Assembly (NCBI GenBank): GCA_035530815.1
Contig: DATKTZ010000042.1
Coordinates: 7,810 to 71,809 of the forward strand
Origin: Acidimicrobiales bacterium
GTDB lineage: Bacteria; Actinomycetota; Acidimicrobiia; Acidimicrobiales; RAAP-2
Direction of reading: 5' to 3'
Length of the DNA stretch: 64,000 bases
Shown in pieces: positions 1 through 10,427 of the stretch (position 1 is the first letter of the stretch; every line of letters begins with the position of its first letter). The notes under the pieces are model-generated. The model was not told the origin of the DNA. It ran no database searches and saw only the letters and a program-made list of their open reading frames with translations. A program made the translations under genes and the position numbers.

Positions 1-2686
1 TGACATGGGCTACAACGTCATGCTCGTGGAAAAGGAACCGAGCGTCGGCGGGCGAATGATCCTGCTCAGCAAGGTCTTTCCAACCCTCGACTGCGCGAGT
101 TGCATCTCGGGTCCCAAGATGTCCTCCACCATCAACCACCCCAATATCGCCACCTCGTCCTCCTCGGAGGTCCTGGGCATCAAGAGCAACGGTCACGGCG
201 GCTTCATCGCCACGGTGCGCCACAAGGCCACCTACGTGGACCCGAGCGCGTGCACGGGGTGCCAGGACTGTGAACCGGTGTGCACCGTGGCGGTGCCCGA
301 CCAGTTCAACGCCAATCTCGTGCCACGCCGGGCAGCCTTCCTCGCCTTTCCCCAGGCCGTGCCCAAGAAGATCGTCATCGAACGCGAGGGAACCTCACCG
401 TGCACCGACACCTGCCCGGCGGGCATCAAGGCGCACGGGTACGTAGCCCTCATCCGCAATGGACTCTACGAAGAAGCCTTCCAACTGGTGCTCGACGCGA
501 CACCGCTCGTGGGCACGCTCGGCAGGGCGTGCTACGCGCCGTGCGAATCCGAGTGCAGCCGGGGCGAACTCGAAGGAACGATCCCCATCCGCAAGCTCAA
601 GCGCTTCATCGCCGAGCGGCACTACGCCGAGCACGACGGTCCGGGCATCGCGGTCCCGGCACCCAACCACAAGAGCGTGGCCATCGTGGGCTCGGGCCCG
701 GCGGGCCTCACCGCGGCGTGGCAACTGGCGCGCGCGGGCTACGGCGTCAGGATCTTCGAGGCCGCCGCGCAGGCGGGTGGTTTCCTGCGCTACGCGATCC
801 CGCAGTACCGTCTGCCCCAAGAGGTGGTGGAACGTGACATCGCCAACGTGACGGCCCTGGGGGTCGAGATCGTCACCGACCATCCGGTCGCCGACCTGGA
901 ACTACTCAAGAGCGAGGGCTATGACGCCGTCCTGGTCGCCACCGGTACGCCGATCTCGACGGCCCTGGACATTCCGGGCGAGCAGCTACGCGGTGTGCGT
1001 AGTGGCCTGGATCTACTTCGTGCGGTGCGCAGTGGCGATTCTCCCTCATTCGAGGGCACGCGAGTGGTCATCGTGGGCGGCGGCAACGTCGCCATGGACG
1101 CCGCGCGCACCGCACGACGTCTCGGCGCGCTCGACACCGTGGTCGCCTACCGGCGTGGCCGTGAAGAGATGCCGGCCCACGCCAGCGAGGTCACCGACGC
1201 CGAGAGTGAGGGCGTGCAGTTCGAATTCCTCGTGGCCCCGATTGAGGTCGTGGCTGACGCCAACGGCGAGGTGACCGGCCTACGCTGTCAGCGCATGCAA
1301 CTGGGCGAAGCCGATTCGTCGGGCCGTCGCCGTCCCGAACCCGTGGCGCACAGCGAGTTCGTGATCGAGTGCGGCGCGGTGATCACCGCCATCGGGATGG
1401 CGCCGGATACGGCCCACTTCGCCACCTCAATGCCGGTGGACTCCAATCGCCATCTGCGCGTCGACCCGACCACCCTGCAAAGCGACGTCCCCTTCCTCTT
1501 CGCGGCCGGCGACGCCGTGAACGGCGCGAGTGACATCACCCAGGCCGTCGGGGCGGGGCGGAGGGCGGCCCACATGATCGACCGGTGGCTGAGCGGGCGC
1601 GAGCTCGACGGCTTCGAGGCCCTCGACGACCGCCTGGGCGTCGTCGACAGGGCCACGGTCCTCGCACGTCAAGAGCACTACACGCACCGCGACCCGGTGA
1701 CGGTTGCGAACGTGTACTCCTCGAGTCCGCGGGACTTCGAAGAGATCGAGCGCGTGCTGACCGAGGTGGAGGCGCTCGCCGGTGCCGGCAGTTGTCTCGA
1801 CTGCGGGGTGTGCTCGGAGTGTGGGCAATGCGTGAGTGCGTGTCCGGCCGACGCCATCAACTTGAACATGCACGAGCGCGTCGAGGACGTCGAGGTCGGC
1901 GCCGTGGTCGTGTCGACGGGCTACAAGCTCTTCGCCGCGGACCTCAAGCCCGAGTACGGCTGGGGCACGTACCCCAACGTCATCACCGGCATGCAAATGG
2001 ACCGCCTGCTGGCGCCCACGCGGCCCTTCAACACGGTGCTGCGACCGAGCGACGGGAAGATCCCCGAGCGGATCGCCTTCGTCTCGTGCACGGGTTCTCG
2101 CGACAAGACCGTCAACAACCCCCTCTGTTCAAAGCTCTGTTGCATGTACTCGATCAAACAGAACCAATTGATCATGGGCACGCTGCCACTGGCCGACGTG
2201 ACAATGCACTACATCGATATCCGCGCGGCGGGCAAGCGCTACGACGAGTTCTACGAGCAGTCCAAAGACATGGGCGCCGTCTACATCAAGGGACGGGTCG
2301 CCAAGATCACCGAGAAGGACAACGGCAACCTGCTCTTGCGCTACGAGGACATCGAGAACGGCGGTGGCCTGGTGGACGCGGAGTACGACCTCGTGGTGCT
2401 GGCGGTTGGCGTGCAGCCGAACCGCGACACCGAACGCCTCTTCACCGACGAGCACCTGGACCTGGACGAGTACTACTACGTCGCCGAACAGAACGACGAC
2501 CTCAACCCGGGGCGGACCAACATTCCCGGTGTCTTCGTGGCCGGCGCCGCCTCCGGGGCCAAGGACATCGTCGACTCGATCACCCACGCGGGTGCGGCGG
2601 TCTCCCAGGTCGCCGCCTACCTGCGAAGCGAACACCGTGACGCCGTGGCGGAACTGTCGCGCACGACAATGGAGGTCCCCGCATGA
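1..2686 (+). CDS. HdrL-type heterodisulfide reductase subunit A-like flavoprotein with inserted GltD-like NAD(P)H:flavin oxidoreductase module (5' end outside window)
   Basis: HdrA motifs (LVEKEPSVGGRM, KVFPTLDCASC, CTGSRD..CSKLCCMYSIK, PGVFVAG); ferredoxin motifs CTGCQDC and CSECGQC; GltD-like insert (SPC..TCPAG, GRACYAPCE, GSGPAG, GGGNVAMDAAR). The frame is open at the left edge (GAC ATG), so the true start is upstream. Confidence 0.88.
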   Translation, partial: DMGYNVMLVEKEPSVGGRMILLSKVFPTLDCASCISGPKMSSTINHPNIATSSSSEVLGIKSNGHGGFIATVRHKATYVDPSACTGCQDCEPVCTVAVPDQFNANLVPRRAAFLAFPQAVPKKIVIEREGTSPCTDTCPAGIKAHGYVALIRNGLYEEAFQLVLDATPLVGTLGRACYAPCESECSRGELEGTIPIRKLKRFIAERHYAEHDGPGIAVPAPNHKSVAIVGSGPAGLTAAWQLARAGYGVRIFEAAAQAGGFLRYAIPQYRLPQEVVERDIANVTALGVEIVTDHPVADLELLKSEGYDAVLVATGTPISTALDIPGEQLRGVRSGLDLLRAVRSGDSPSFEGTRVVIVGGGNVAMDAARTARRLGALDTVVAYRRGREEMPAHASEVTDAESEGVQFEFLVAPIEVVADANGEVTGLRCQRMQLGEADSSGRRRPEPVAHSEFVIECGAVITAIGMAPDTAHFATSMPVDSNRHLRVDPTTLQSDVPFLFAAGDAVNGASDITQAVGAGRRAAHMIDRWLSGRELDGFEALDDRLGVVDRATVLARQEHYTHRDPVTVANVYSSSPRDFEEIERVLTEVEALAGAGSCLDCGVCSECGQCVSACPADAINLNMHERVEDVEVGAVVVSTGYKLFAADLKPEYGWGTYPNVITGMQMDRLLAPTRPFNTVLRPSDGKIPERIAFVSCTGSRDKTVNNPLCSKLCCMYSIKQNQLIMGTLPLADVTMHYIDIRAAGKRYDEFYEQSKDMGAVYIKGRVAKITEKDNGNLLLRYEDIENGGGLVDAEYDLVVLAVGVQPNRDTERLFTDEHLDLDEYYYVAEQNDDLNPGRTNIPGVFVAGAASGAKDIVDSITHAGAAVSQVAAYLRSEHRDAVAELSRTTMEVPA

Positions 2687-4407
2687 GCGAACGTCGAATC
2701 GGTGTCTACATCTGCCACTGCGGCGGCAACATCTCGGACTATGTCGATGTCAACGAGGTACGCGAGGCGGTGAAGGACGTGCCCGGCGTGGTCCACGCCG
2801 CGACGTCCATGTTCGCGTGCTCCGACGGCACCCAGCAGGACATGATCCGTGACATCCAGGAGAAAGACCTGGACGGACTGGTTGTGGCCTCGTGCTCGCC
2901 CAAGTTGCACCTCTTCACCTTCCGAGGGGTCTCCAAGCGAGCCGGGCTCAACCAGTTCCAGTACACCCAGGCGAATATCCGCGAACAGTGCTCGTGGGCC
3001 CACACCGACGACCACGCCGGCGCGACCACCAAAGCCATCGGTCTCGTCAAGGGCGCGATCGCCAAGACCCGTGAATCGGTGGCCCTGGACCCGATGGCGG
3101 TCGAAACGACACCCACCACGTTGGTCGTGGGGGCGGGCATCGCCGGGCTGCGCGCCGCCCTCGGCCTCGCCGACCTCGGTCTCAGCGTCGTGATCGTCGA
3201 GCGCGAGAGCGAACTGGGCGGTTGGGTCGGCAGGTTCGCCGCCACGTTCCCCCACCAGAGTGACGGACGCGAACTCATCGCCGGTCTGGTCCAAGAGGTA
3301 CAGGGTCGCTCGAGCATCACGGTCTTCACCAACGCGCAGCTCACCGCCAAGTCCGGCAGTTTCGGCAACTACGACGCCGAGGTGACGATCCAGTCCGATC
3401 CGCCCCGGGTGATCCACCGCCAGGTCGGATCGATCGTGGTCACGACGGGTTTTGACGCCTACGAGCCCGAGGCCGGCGAGTTCGGCTACGGCATCGACGG
3501 GGTCCTCACCCTGGCGCAGTTCAAATCGCTCGTCGACAACAGCGAGGGTCCCCTCATCTACCACGACCGGCCCGTGCGCACGGTGGCGTACATCTACTGC
3601 GTGGGCAGTCGCCAGAGCGGCGCCAACGAGTACTGCTCCAAGTACTGCTGCACGGCGACGGTGCACGCGTCGCTGCAGGTCAACGCGCTCGATTCGAGCG
3701 TGCACCAGTACCACCTCTATCGCGATATCCGCACGTACGGAAAATACGAACTGCTCTACGAGCAGTCGCGCAAGCAGGGATCGGTGTTCATGAAGTTCCC
3801 CGACGATACGCCACCGGCGGTGGCCCGAAACGACGACGGGACGCTCTCGGTCACGACCCGCGACACCCTCACGACGGGAGCCGAGCTCACCATTCCCGCC
3901 GATCTCGTGGTGCTCGTCACCGCGATGGTGCCCGCCGACAACGCCGAACTGACCAAGATGCTGCACCTCCCGGTGGGCAGTGACGGATTCTTCAGTGAGA
4001 TCCACCCGAAGCTTCGTCCAGTCGAGACTGTCGTCGATGGCGTGATGATCGCCGGCGCATGCCAGGGGCCCAAGACCTCGGGCGAGAGTGTCGCCTCCGC
4101 GCTCGCGGCCGTGGCCCAGAGCGGCGCGATGTTGATGAAGGGCGTCGCCGAGCTCGATCCCCTCGTGTGCAGCGTGCACGAAGAGACCTGCACGGGGTGC
4201 GCCGAATGCATCGCGGTCTGCCCCTACGCCGCCATCTCGATGGTCGAGGTCGACGGGCGAAGCGTCGCGACGATTGACGCCGCGGGCTGCAAGGGCTGCG
4301 GGGGTTGCACATCGTACTGCCGCGAGAACGCCATTGACCTGTTCGGAGCCACCGACGCCCAGATGCACGCCATGATCGAGAACCTGCTGGAGGAGACACC
4401 CGTATGA
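2683..4407 (+). CDS. HdrA/QmoB-like flavoprotein with C-terminal 2x[4Fe-4S]
   Basis: N-terminal RIGVYICHCGGNI, VVASCSP, NIREQCSW; GAGIAG FAD motif; CVGSR..YCSKYCC; HPKLRPVET; CTGCAEC and CKGCGGC; ATGA overlap with upstream gene. Confidence 0.88.
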   Translation: MSERRIGVYICHCGGNISDYVDVNEVREAVKDVPGVVHAATSMFACSDGTQQDMIRDIQEKDLDGLVVASCSPKLHLFTFRGVSKRAGLNQFQYTQANIREQCSWAHTDDHAGATTKAIGLVKGAIAKTRESVALDPMAVETTPTTLVVGAGIAGLRAALGLADLGLSVVIVERESELGGWVGRFAATFPHQSDGRELIAGLVQEVQGRSSITVFTNAQLTAKSGSFGNYDAEVTIQSDPPRVIHRQVGSIVVTTGFDAYEPEAGEFGYGIDGVLTLAQFKSLVDNSEGPLIYHDRPVRTVAYIYCVGSRQSGANEYCSKYCCTATVHASLQVNALDSSVHQYHLYRDIRTYGKYELLYEQSRKQGSVFMKFPDDTPPAVARNDDGTLSVTTRDTLTTGAELTIPADLVVLVTAMVPADNAELTKMLHLPVGSDGFFSEIHPKLRPVETVVDGVMIAGACQGPKTSGESVASALAAVAQSGAMLMKGVAELDPLVCSVHEETCTGCAECIAVCPYAAISMVEVDGRSVATIDAAGCKGCGGCTSYCRENAIDLFGATDAQMHAMIENLLEETPV

Positions 4408-4658
4408 GTACGAGTCTGAACCGCGACGTCCGCGAGATCATCCGCGAAGAGCCGCTGATGCATCGACAGATCCTCTCGGCGCTCGTCGACGGGCCACTCA
4501 CGGTGCCCGAGATCGCCCGAGCCATCAACCAGCCCGCCGACGAGGTCGTGTTCTGGGTGATGGGGATGCGCCGCTACGCCAAACTCGTCGAGTTGCCCGA
4601 AGCCGATGACGATGGCTACTTCCAGTACGAGATCAAACAGCAAGGATCGCGAGCATGA
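4404..4658 (+). CDS. small winged-helix protein in Hdr-like operon
   Basis: 84 aa; ILSALVDGPLTVPEIARAI resembles an HTH; ATGA overlaps with both neighbours. Confidence 0.7.
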   Translation: MSTSLNRDVREIIREEPLMHRQILSALVDGPLTVPEIARAINQPADEVVFWVMGMRRYAKLVELPEADDDGYFQYEIKQQGSRA

Positions 4659-5848
4659 CCACCCAGACGATTCACGGACCCCTCACGATCGATGCCAATC
4701 TGCTCACGGACATCCAGCGCTACGGCGCACCGGAGGTGTCGGCCTGTTTCAGTTGCGGCAACTGCACCGCCATCTGTCCCATGGCGTCAAACGACGGGAC
4801 CTTCCCGCGACGGATGATCCGTTACGGGCAGGTCGGCATGAAAGACGCCCTCCTCTCGAGCAAGGAGTTGTGGTCGTGCTACCACTGCGGCCTGTGCTCA
4901 CAGAGTTGCCCCCAGGAGGCGGACCCCGGCGCCTATATGGCGGCGGCGCGGCGCTACGCCATCGCCAACTACGACAAGACGGGCATCGCGCGCACGCTCT
5001 ACACGAGACCGGTGCTCGGCTCCTTCCTCGAGGTCGCTGTGGCGGGGCTCATCGCATCTCTGCTCTACAGCGCCCACGGCGCGCGCAGCACCTCGTCGCT
5101 CGCTCTGTTCAAGTTCATACCCGAACCCGTGATCCACTGGAGCGGCATTGCGATGATTGCGGCGGCGGCACTCGTCGTTCTCGTAGGCGTCACCACGATG
5201 GTGCGAGGCATCGCACGAAACGAGGGTGTGGGGCGCTCCGCGCTCTTTGGCGGTCGCGACGCGCTCGCGTCATCGCGACGGGCCCTGTGGGAGGCGGTAG
5301 GCGTGGAGTCGCTCGGTCAGCGTCGGTTCCGAGATGACTGTGCGAACGAAAAAGAGCCCGAGCCCTGGTACCGGCGTCGCTGGCTCATTCACGCGGCGAC
5401 CATGTGGGGATTCCTCGGACTCTTGACGGCGTCGGGGCTCGACTACGGCCTCGCGTTGGCGGGGATCAGAAAGACCGGCGCGCCGGTGCCGATCTGGTAT
5501 CCGGCCCGGTTGTTGGGCACCGTAGCCGGGGTGCTCATGGTCTACGGCGTCGCCATGCTCATGCGCAATCGCCTCGCGCGTTCGGGTGAGGCCGCCAAAC
5601 ACTCGGACCAGTCGGACTGGGTGCTGCTCATCATGCTCATGGTCATCGGCGCGAGTGGGTTTCTCACCGAATCCGCCCTCTACCTGACGCACGCTCCCGC
5701 CTGGGGATACTGGATGTTCCTCTTCCACGTGAGCGTGGCACTCGAGTTGTTGGTGCTGTTGCCCTTCATGAAGTTCGCCCACGTGATCTACCGACCGGTG
5801 GCGCTGTTCTTTCAATCCCTGGCGTCGAGCACCACCAAACAGGGCTAA
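4655..5848 (+). CDS. QmoC-like protein: HdrC-type 4Fe-4S dicluster plus cytochrome-b-like membrane domain
   Basis: CFSCGNCTAICP and CYHCGLCSQSCP; about 6 hydrophobic helices with His residues (WLIHAATMWGF, FLFHV, PFMKFAHVIYRP). Confidence 0.82.
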   Translation: MTTQTIHGPLTIDANLLTDIQRYGAPEVSACFSCGNCTAICPMASNDGTFPRRMIRYGQVGMKDALLSSKELWSCYHCGLCSQSCPQEADPGAYMAAARRYAIANYDKTGIARTLYTRPVLGSFLEVAVAGLIASLLYSAHGARSTSSLALFKFIPEPVIHWSGIAMIAAAALVVLVGVTTMVRGIARNEGVGRSALFGGRDALASSRRALWEAVGVESLGQRRFRDDCANEKEPEPWYRRRWLIHAATMWGFLGLLTASGLDYGLALAGIRKTGAPVPIWYPARLLGTVAGVLMVYGVAMLMRNRLARSGEAAKHSDQSDWVLLIMLMVIGASGFLTESALYLTHAPAWGYWMFLFHVSVALELLVLLPFMKFAHVIYRPVALFFQSLASSTTKQG

Positions 5849-5966
5849 CACCGCGCTCCACTGCCACGGCGTGGTCAGCACAGACTCGCCACGTCGGTTC
5901 ACGGCGTTGCGAACTAGTCCGACCGGCGGTCGATCCTAGGCGGACCCGGCCGATGGCGCGTTACAA

Positions 5967-6344
5967 CTAGGACGCGGTCTGCTTGTCGTTGCGCTCGGCG
6001 ATGCGGCGGTGGATGTCCTCCATGTCGAGTTCGCGGACCTTGCCGATGAGCTCCTCGAGGGACTTGGCCGGCAGCGCGCCCGCCTCCATGTAGACAATGA
6101 CGTTGTCGCGCATCACCATGAGCGTCGGGATAGACATGATCGAGAACGCCGCGCCGAGCTCCTGCTGGGCCTCGGTGTCGACCTTGGCGAAGGTAATGTC
6201 GGGGTGAGTGACGGACGCCTTCTCGAAGACCGGGGCGAAGGCCCGGCACGGTCCGCACCATTCCGCCCAGAAGTCCACGAGCACGATGTCCGTGCTGGTC
6301 ATCAACTCGTCGAAGTTTTCCTTGGTGGCGGTCACGGTGGCCAT
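5967..6344 (-). CDS. trxA: thioredoxin
   Basis: DFWAEWCGPC active site, SIPTL; AGGAGA RBS upstream of ATG 6344. Confidence 0.93.
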   Translation of the reverse strand: MATVTATKENFDELMTSTDIVLVDFWAEWCGPCRAFAPVFEKASVTHPDITFAKVDTEAQQELGAAFSIMSIPTLMVMRDNVIVYMEAGALPAKSLEELIGKVRELDMEDIHRRIAERNDKQTAS

Positions 6345-6359
6345 AGGCTCTCCTTGCAA

Positions 6360-6377
6360 TATACCCTAGGGGGTATA
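6360..6377. promoter_or_regulatory. CsoR/CstR/RicR-family operator-like palindrome upstream of trxA
   Basis: TATACCC-TAGG-GGGTATA; perfect 7-bp arms with C/G tracts typical of CsoR-family operators. Confidence 0.7.
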
Positions 6378-6452
6378 GTACACGCTACTCCTCGCAGCGT
6401 GACACCCTCTGAAACCAACCTAGCCCGTGGGTCCCGCGCCCACCAGCCGGCC

Positions 6453-7133
6453 CTAGATCGAGAAGTCTTCCCTGGTCCAGTCGGTGCGCCGCGAGTGCTC
6501 CTCGTGGTGCACCTTGGTGACGCTCTCGAGGCGGTGCAAACGATTCGATAGCGACTCGATGTTGAGTCCCATGAGCTCGTGCTCGAGGCTCTCCTCGGGC
6601 GCCGGGGCCTGGGGGCGACGGTTGCGGGTCGTGATGCGCCCGGGAACTCCCACGACGACCGACTCGGCCGGCACCGACTTGAGCACCACCGCGTTGGCGC
6701 CGATGCGGCTGTCGTCGCCGATGGTGATCGGGCCGAGCACCTTGGCGCCCGCGCCGATGGTGACCCGGTTGCCAATGGTCGGGTGGCGCTTGCCGTGGCT
6801 CAGGCTGGTGCCGCCGAGGGTCACCCCCTGGTAGATCGTCACGTCGTGACCCACCTCGGCGGTCTCGCCGATTACCACACCCATGGCGTGGTCGATGAAG
6901 ACGCCCGCGCCGAGTTGGGCACCCGGATGGATCTCCACCCCGGTGAGCACGCGCGCGAGCGACGAACCCACGCGCGCCGCCAGCTTGGCGTGGTGATGCC
7001 AGAGCCAGTGGGTCAGCCGGTACGCCCAGATCGCGTGCACGCCCGGGTAGGTCAGCGCCACCTCCAGGGCGGAGCGGGCCGCGGGGTCGCGCGTGCGGGC
7101 CGCGTCGAGGTCGCGTCGAAGCGTCGCCAGCAT
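6453..7133 (-). CDS. cysE: serine O-acetyltransferase
   Basis: [41 protein letters not shown] hexapeptide repeats; directly follows cysK. Confidence 0.93.
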   Translation of the reverse strand: MLATLRRDLDAARTRDPAARSALEVALTYPGVHAIWAYRLTHWLWHHHAKLAARVGSSLARVLTGVEIHPGAQLGAGVFIDHAMGVVIGETAEVGHDVTIYQGVTLGGTSLSHGKRHPTIGNRVTIGAGAKVLGPITIGDDSRIGANAVVLKSVPAESVVVGVPGRITTRNRRPQAPAPEESLEHELMGLNIESLSNRLHRLESVTKVHHEEHSRRTDWTREDFSI

Positions 7134-7135
7134 GC

Positions 7136-8071
<936 letters not shown>

Positions 8072-8128
8072 TGATCGGGCCATCCTTCGTCGTCGTCGAG
8101 TTCAATGCTAACGGGATCCTAAGTATAT

Positions 8129-8153
8129 ATTCCCGATGGAACAACTCAACATT
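8129..8153 (-). promoter_or_regulatory. putative Rrf2-family (CymR/IscR-like) binding box upstream of cysK
   Basis: Minus-strand 25-mer AATGTTGAGTTGTTCCATCGGGAAT resembles IscR type-1 sites; AT-rich patch upstream of cysK. Confidence 0.5.
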
Positions 8154-8228
8154 CGTGACACCATGCGGCGCCGTGTGGCGAAGCAGGGGCGCGACGTAGG
8201 TTCCGCTCACGAGCGAAGACGGCATCGT

Positions 8229-8542
8229 ATGAATGCGGTTCCGTCCATCACGAACTTCGCACTCACGGTCAGTAACCTCGAGCGCAGCGTCGCCTGGTAC
8301 GAGCGCCCGTTCGACGCGACGCTGTTGCCCGACGGGGATGCCGGTGCGTTCCACCTCGTCGTGAGCACTCGAGAGCCAGACGCTGGTCGGGCTCCACCAG
8401 TCTCGCGACCGAGCCGACGACGCGGCCTTCGCTGGGCACCCCATTGGCTTGGGCCATCTATCCTTCGGGTGCGCGAACCGCTCGGGGCTCTTGTTTCGTG
8501 ATCCCGACCACATCACGCTGGAGTTCTGCTTCCCCGTCCTGA
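8229..8542 (+). pseudogene. degraded VOC/glyoxalase-family gene
   Basis: ITNFALTVSNLERSVAWYE, then a frameshift near 8370 to QTLVGLHQ..GLGHLSFGCANR|SGLLFRDPDHITLEF; the central helix appears deleted. Confidence 0.7.
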
Positions 8543-8602
8543 TGCGTCGAGCGTGGCGCGAGGCGCGAACGCTCGTCGTGGCGGGCTCGCGCAGCGGCAC
8601 TG

Positions 8603-9325
8603 CTAGGCGAGCGCGCCCGCCAGTGAGCTCTCGACGCTGCGCCACTCGTTCAACTTGCGCAGGCAACCCCCGAGCAATCGGTCGTTGAAGCCCGCCAGGT
8701 CATTGACCCGCGGGAACTCGACCTCGGGTACCGCGACACCGAGGAAGGCGCACAGCGGCTCCCAGCCGTCGGTGAAGGACCACACGAGCAAGCGCTCGGC
8801 GGGCACGGTATCGATCACCTCCTGGTTGTAGGCGCGCATCCTCTCGGCCAGTTCGCCCGAATCGAGGTCGATCGCCTCGGCGGAGAAGAGTCCGCTCCTC
8901 TCGAGCATTCGGTGCACCAACTGAGTGAATCCCATCCACTCGGGATCGATGTGTCCGCGCGCCCTCGACAGGTCCCGCATGATCGAGTCGCCGTAGAGGA
9001 AGTCCCAGATCGTGTTCTTGATGCTCTTCGCCCACGCGTCGCCGTCGCGCACACTGAGCAGCACCTTGGCGTCGGGGTACGCCTCAAGCAGTTCGCGCCA
9101 GTAGAACGAGCCCGGCCAGTCCACGCTGGAGCCGAAGCCCGCGAGGACTTCGTTCCAATCCACCCGGCCCTCGAAGGCGTCGGTCCAGGTTGCCACGAGT
9201 TTCGTGTTCCCCAAGACCTCGTCCATGTGGTAGCAGGGCCCAAAGCCCAACAGTTCCAAGGCCACCTTCTGGGAGAGCGTTCCCGTTCGCGGCAGGCCCG
9301 CGCCGATGATCTGAAATTGCGTCAC
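8603..9325 (-). CDS. P-loop sulfotransferase (Sulfotransfer_4-like, PAPS-dependent type), paralogue 1
   Basis: IIGAGLPRTGT, PCYHM, VDWP, YPDAKVLLSVRD, GWEPLCAFL..FPRVN; GTG start with AAAGGGGA RBS. Confidence 0.85.
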   Translation of the reverse strand: MTQFQIIGAGLPRTGTLSQKVALELLGFGPCYHMDEVLGNTKLVATWTDAFEGRVDWNEVLAGFGSSVDWPGSFYWRELLEAYPDAKVLLSVRDGDAWAKSIKNTIWDFLYGDSIMRDLSRARGHIDPEWMGFTQLVHRMLERSGLFSAEAIDLDSGELAERMRAYNQEVIDTVPAERLLVWSFTDGWEPLCAFLGVAVPEVEFPRVNDLAGFNDRLLGGCLRKLNEWRSVESSLAGALA

Positions 9326-9383
9326 TCGTTCCCCTTTGAGAGTCCAATGTCGCCCAGTCTCGGGCACGCAGCTTCCAGGACTC

Positions 9384-9410
9384 TGTGACGATCCTGTGCG
9401 AAGCCTGTGA
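9384..9410 (-). promoter_or_regulatory. 11-bp periodic (T/G)CACAG direct repeats upstream of sulfotransferase 1
   Basis: Plus strand TGTG(A/C) at 9384, 9395 and 9406. Confidence 0.6.
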
Positions 9411-9439
9411 GACGTCGGCCGGCGCGATGCCTCGACGCA

Positions 9440-10375
9440 TCAGTGCGCGAAGAGTCGAGCGAAGGTGGTCGCGCCACGGGACCGGCCCAAGCGCGCCAGC
9501 CCGAGGGCGTCATCAATCGTCGCCAGCAGCGAGTAGTGATTCAGGGGCACCGCCGTGCTCGCGCCGCGCGCGAGGCCCGGCGCCACCACGAGCGTCAACA
9601 CGTGGCCTCCCCCACCGCTCGTCACAACCCTGCCGGTGCGCACGCCCGAGGCGTCGCCGTCACCCTCGTCCCACGTGACAAAGAGCACACCGCCGTCGCG
9701 CCACGCGGCGCTCGCGGTCACCTCGCGCACGAACGAGCTGAGCCACGCGGCCGCGGTGCTCGGCGCGCAGTCGTGGCCGTCGTGACACAGGTTGGGCGTC
9801 ACCCAGACGAAGCGGGGCACCGCGGACGAGCCACGGCCCAGCACGCCGGCGAGCTCGCTCATCGGTCGCAGGTGCGAGCACAACTGGTGCGAGGAGCGCA
9901 CGTTGACGAAGTAGCGAAACGGGTTGTGCTTGCTCGCGTAGTCGTTCCCGCCCCATGGATCCAAGTAGCACGAGGACGGCGCGCCCTCCAGGTAGGCGTC
10001 GAAGCTCACGTGGCGCCGCGCCAGTTGACTGAACAGATTGGGCGCGCGCACGTAGCAGGTCACGCAGTCCGAGTTGACCGCGAAGGTGCTTCCCGCGCTA
10101 AGCGCCAGGTAGTTCGGCAGACTCGGATGCGAGACGCCGTAGTAGTTCGACGCGTAGGCCCAGCGGTGCGCGAGCGCGGCCAGCGCCGGCGTCTGCATCG
10201 CCTGTTGGTAGCCGAGGTTCTCCATCACCACCTCGAACACGTGCGAGAAATGGGGCACGCCCGTCGTCGAGGCGCTCGCCGGGGCGCGGGTCCCCGGAAC
10301 CCACCACGAGAACGCCATCAGCAACGCCAGCGACCAAGCAATCCAGTGACGCCGGCGGCGAGTCAGTGAGCCCAT
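9440..10375 (-). CDS. secreted phosphoesterase (acid phosphatase/phospholipase C-like family)
   Basis: Signal peptide; HVFEVVMEN, HPSLPNYLAL, YASKHNPF, TPNLCHDGHDC, VTWDE, NHYSLLATI. Confidence 0.85.
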   Translation of the reverse strand: MGSLTRRRRHWIAWSLALLMAFSWWVPGTRAPASASTTGVPHFSHVFEVVMENLGYQQAMQTPALAALAHRWAYASNYYGVSHPSLPNYLALSAGSTFAVNSDCVTCYVRAPNLFSQLARRHVSFDAYLEGAPSSCYLDPWGGNDYASKHNPFRYFVNVRSSHQLCSHLRPMSELAGVLGRGSSAVPRFVWVTPNLCHDGHDCAPSTAAAWLSSFVREVTASAAWRDGGVLFVTWDEGDGDASGVRTGRVVTSGGGGHVLTLVVAPGLARGASTAVPLNHYSLLATIDDALGLARLGRSRGATTFARLFAH

Positions 10376-10427
10376 CTCGAGAGTCTGGAGCACGCGAGAG
10401 TCCGGGGCAAGTCGGCCCCGCGTAGGG

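Noticed and set aside
1-4. Selenocysteine TGA in HdrA-like gene
   Set aside because: The TGA at 1-3 is out of frame (the frame reads GAC ATG); the TLDCASC motif uses Cys codons
2617-4368. Long antisense or alternate-frame ORFs (e.g. 2617-4368, 14057-15628, 24446-26047, 28325-29497, 37894-39276, 59782-61431)
   Set aside because: Shadow ORFs typical of high-GC DNA; they overlap well-supported genes and lack motifs
1-5848. Evidence of dissimilatory sulfate reduction
   Set aside because: No sat, aprAB or dsr genes in the window; Qmo-like genes alone are not diagnostic
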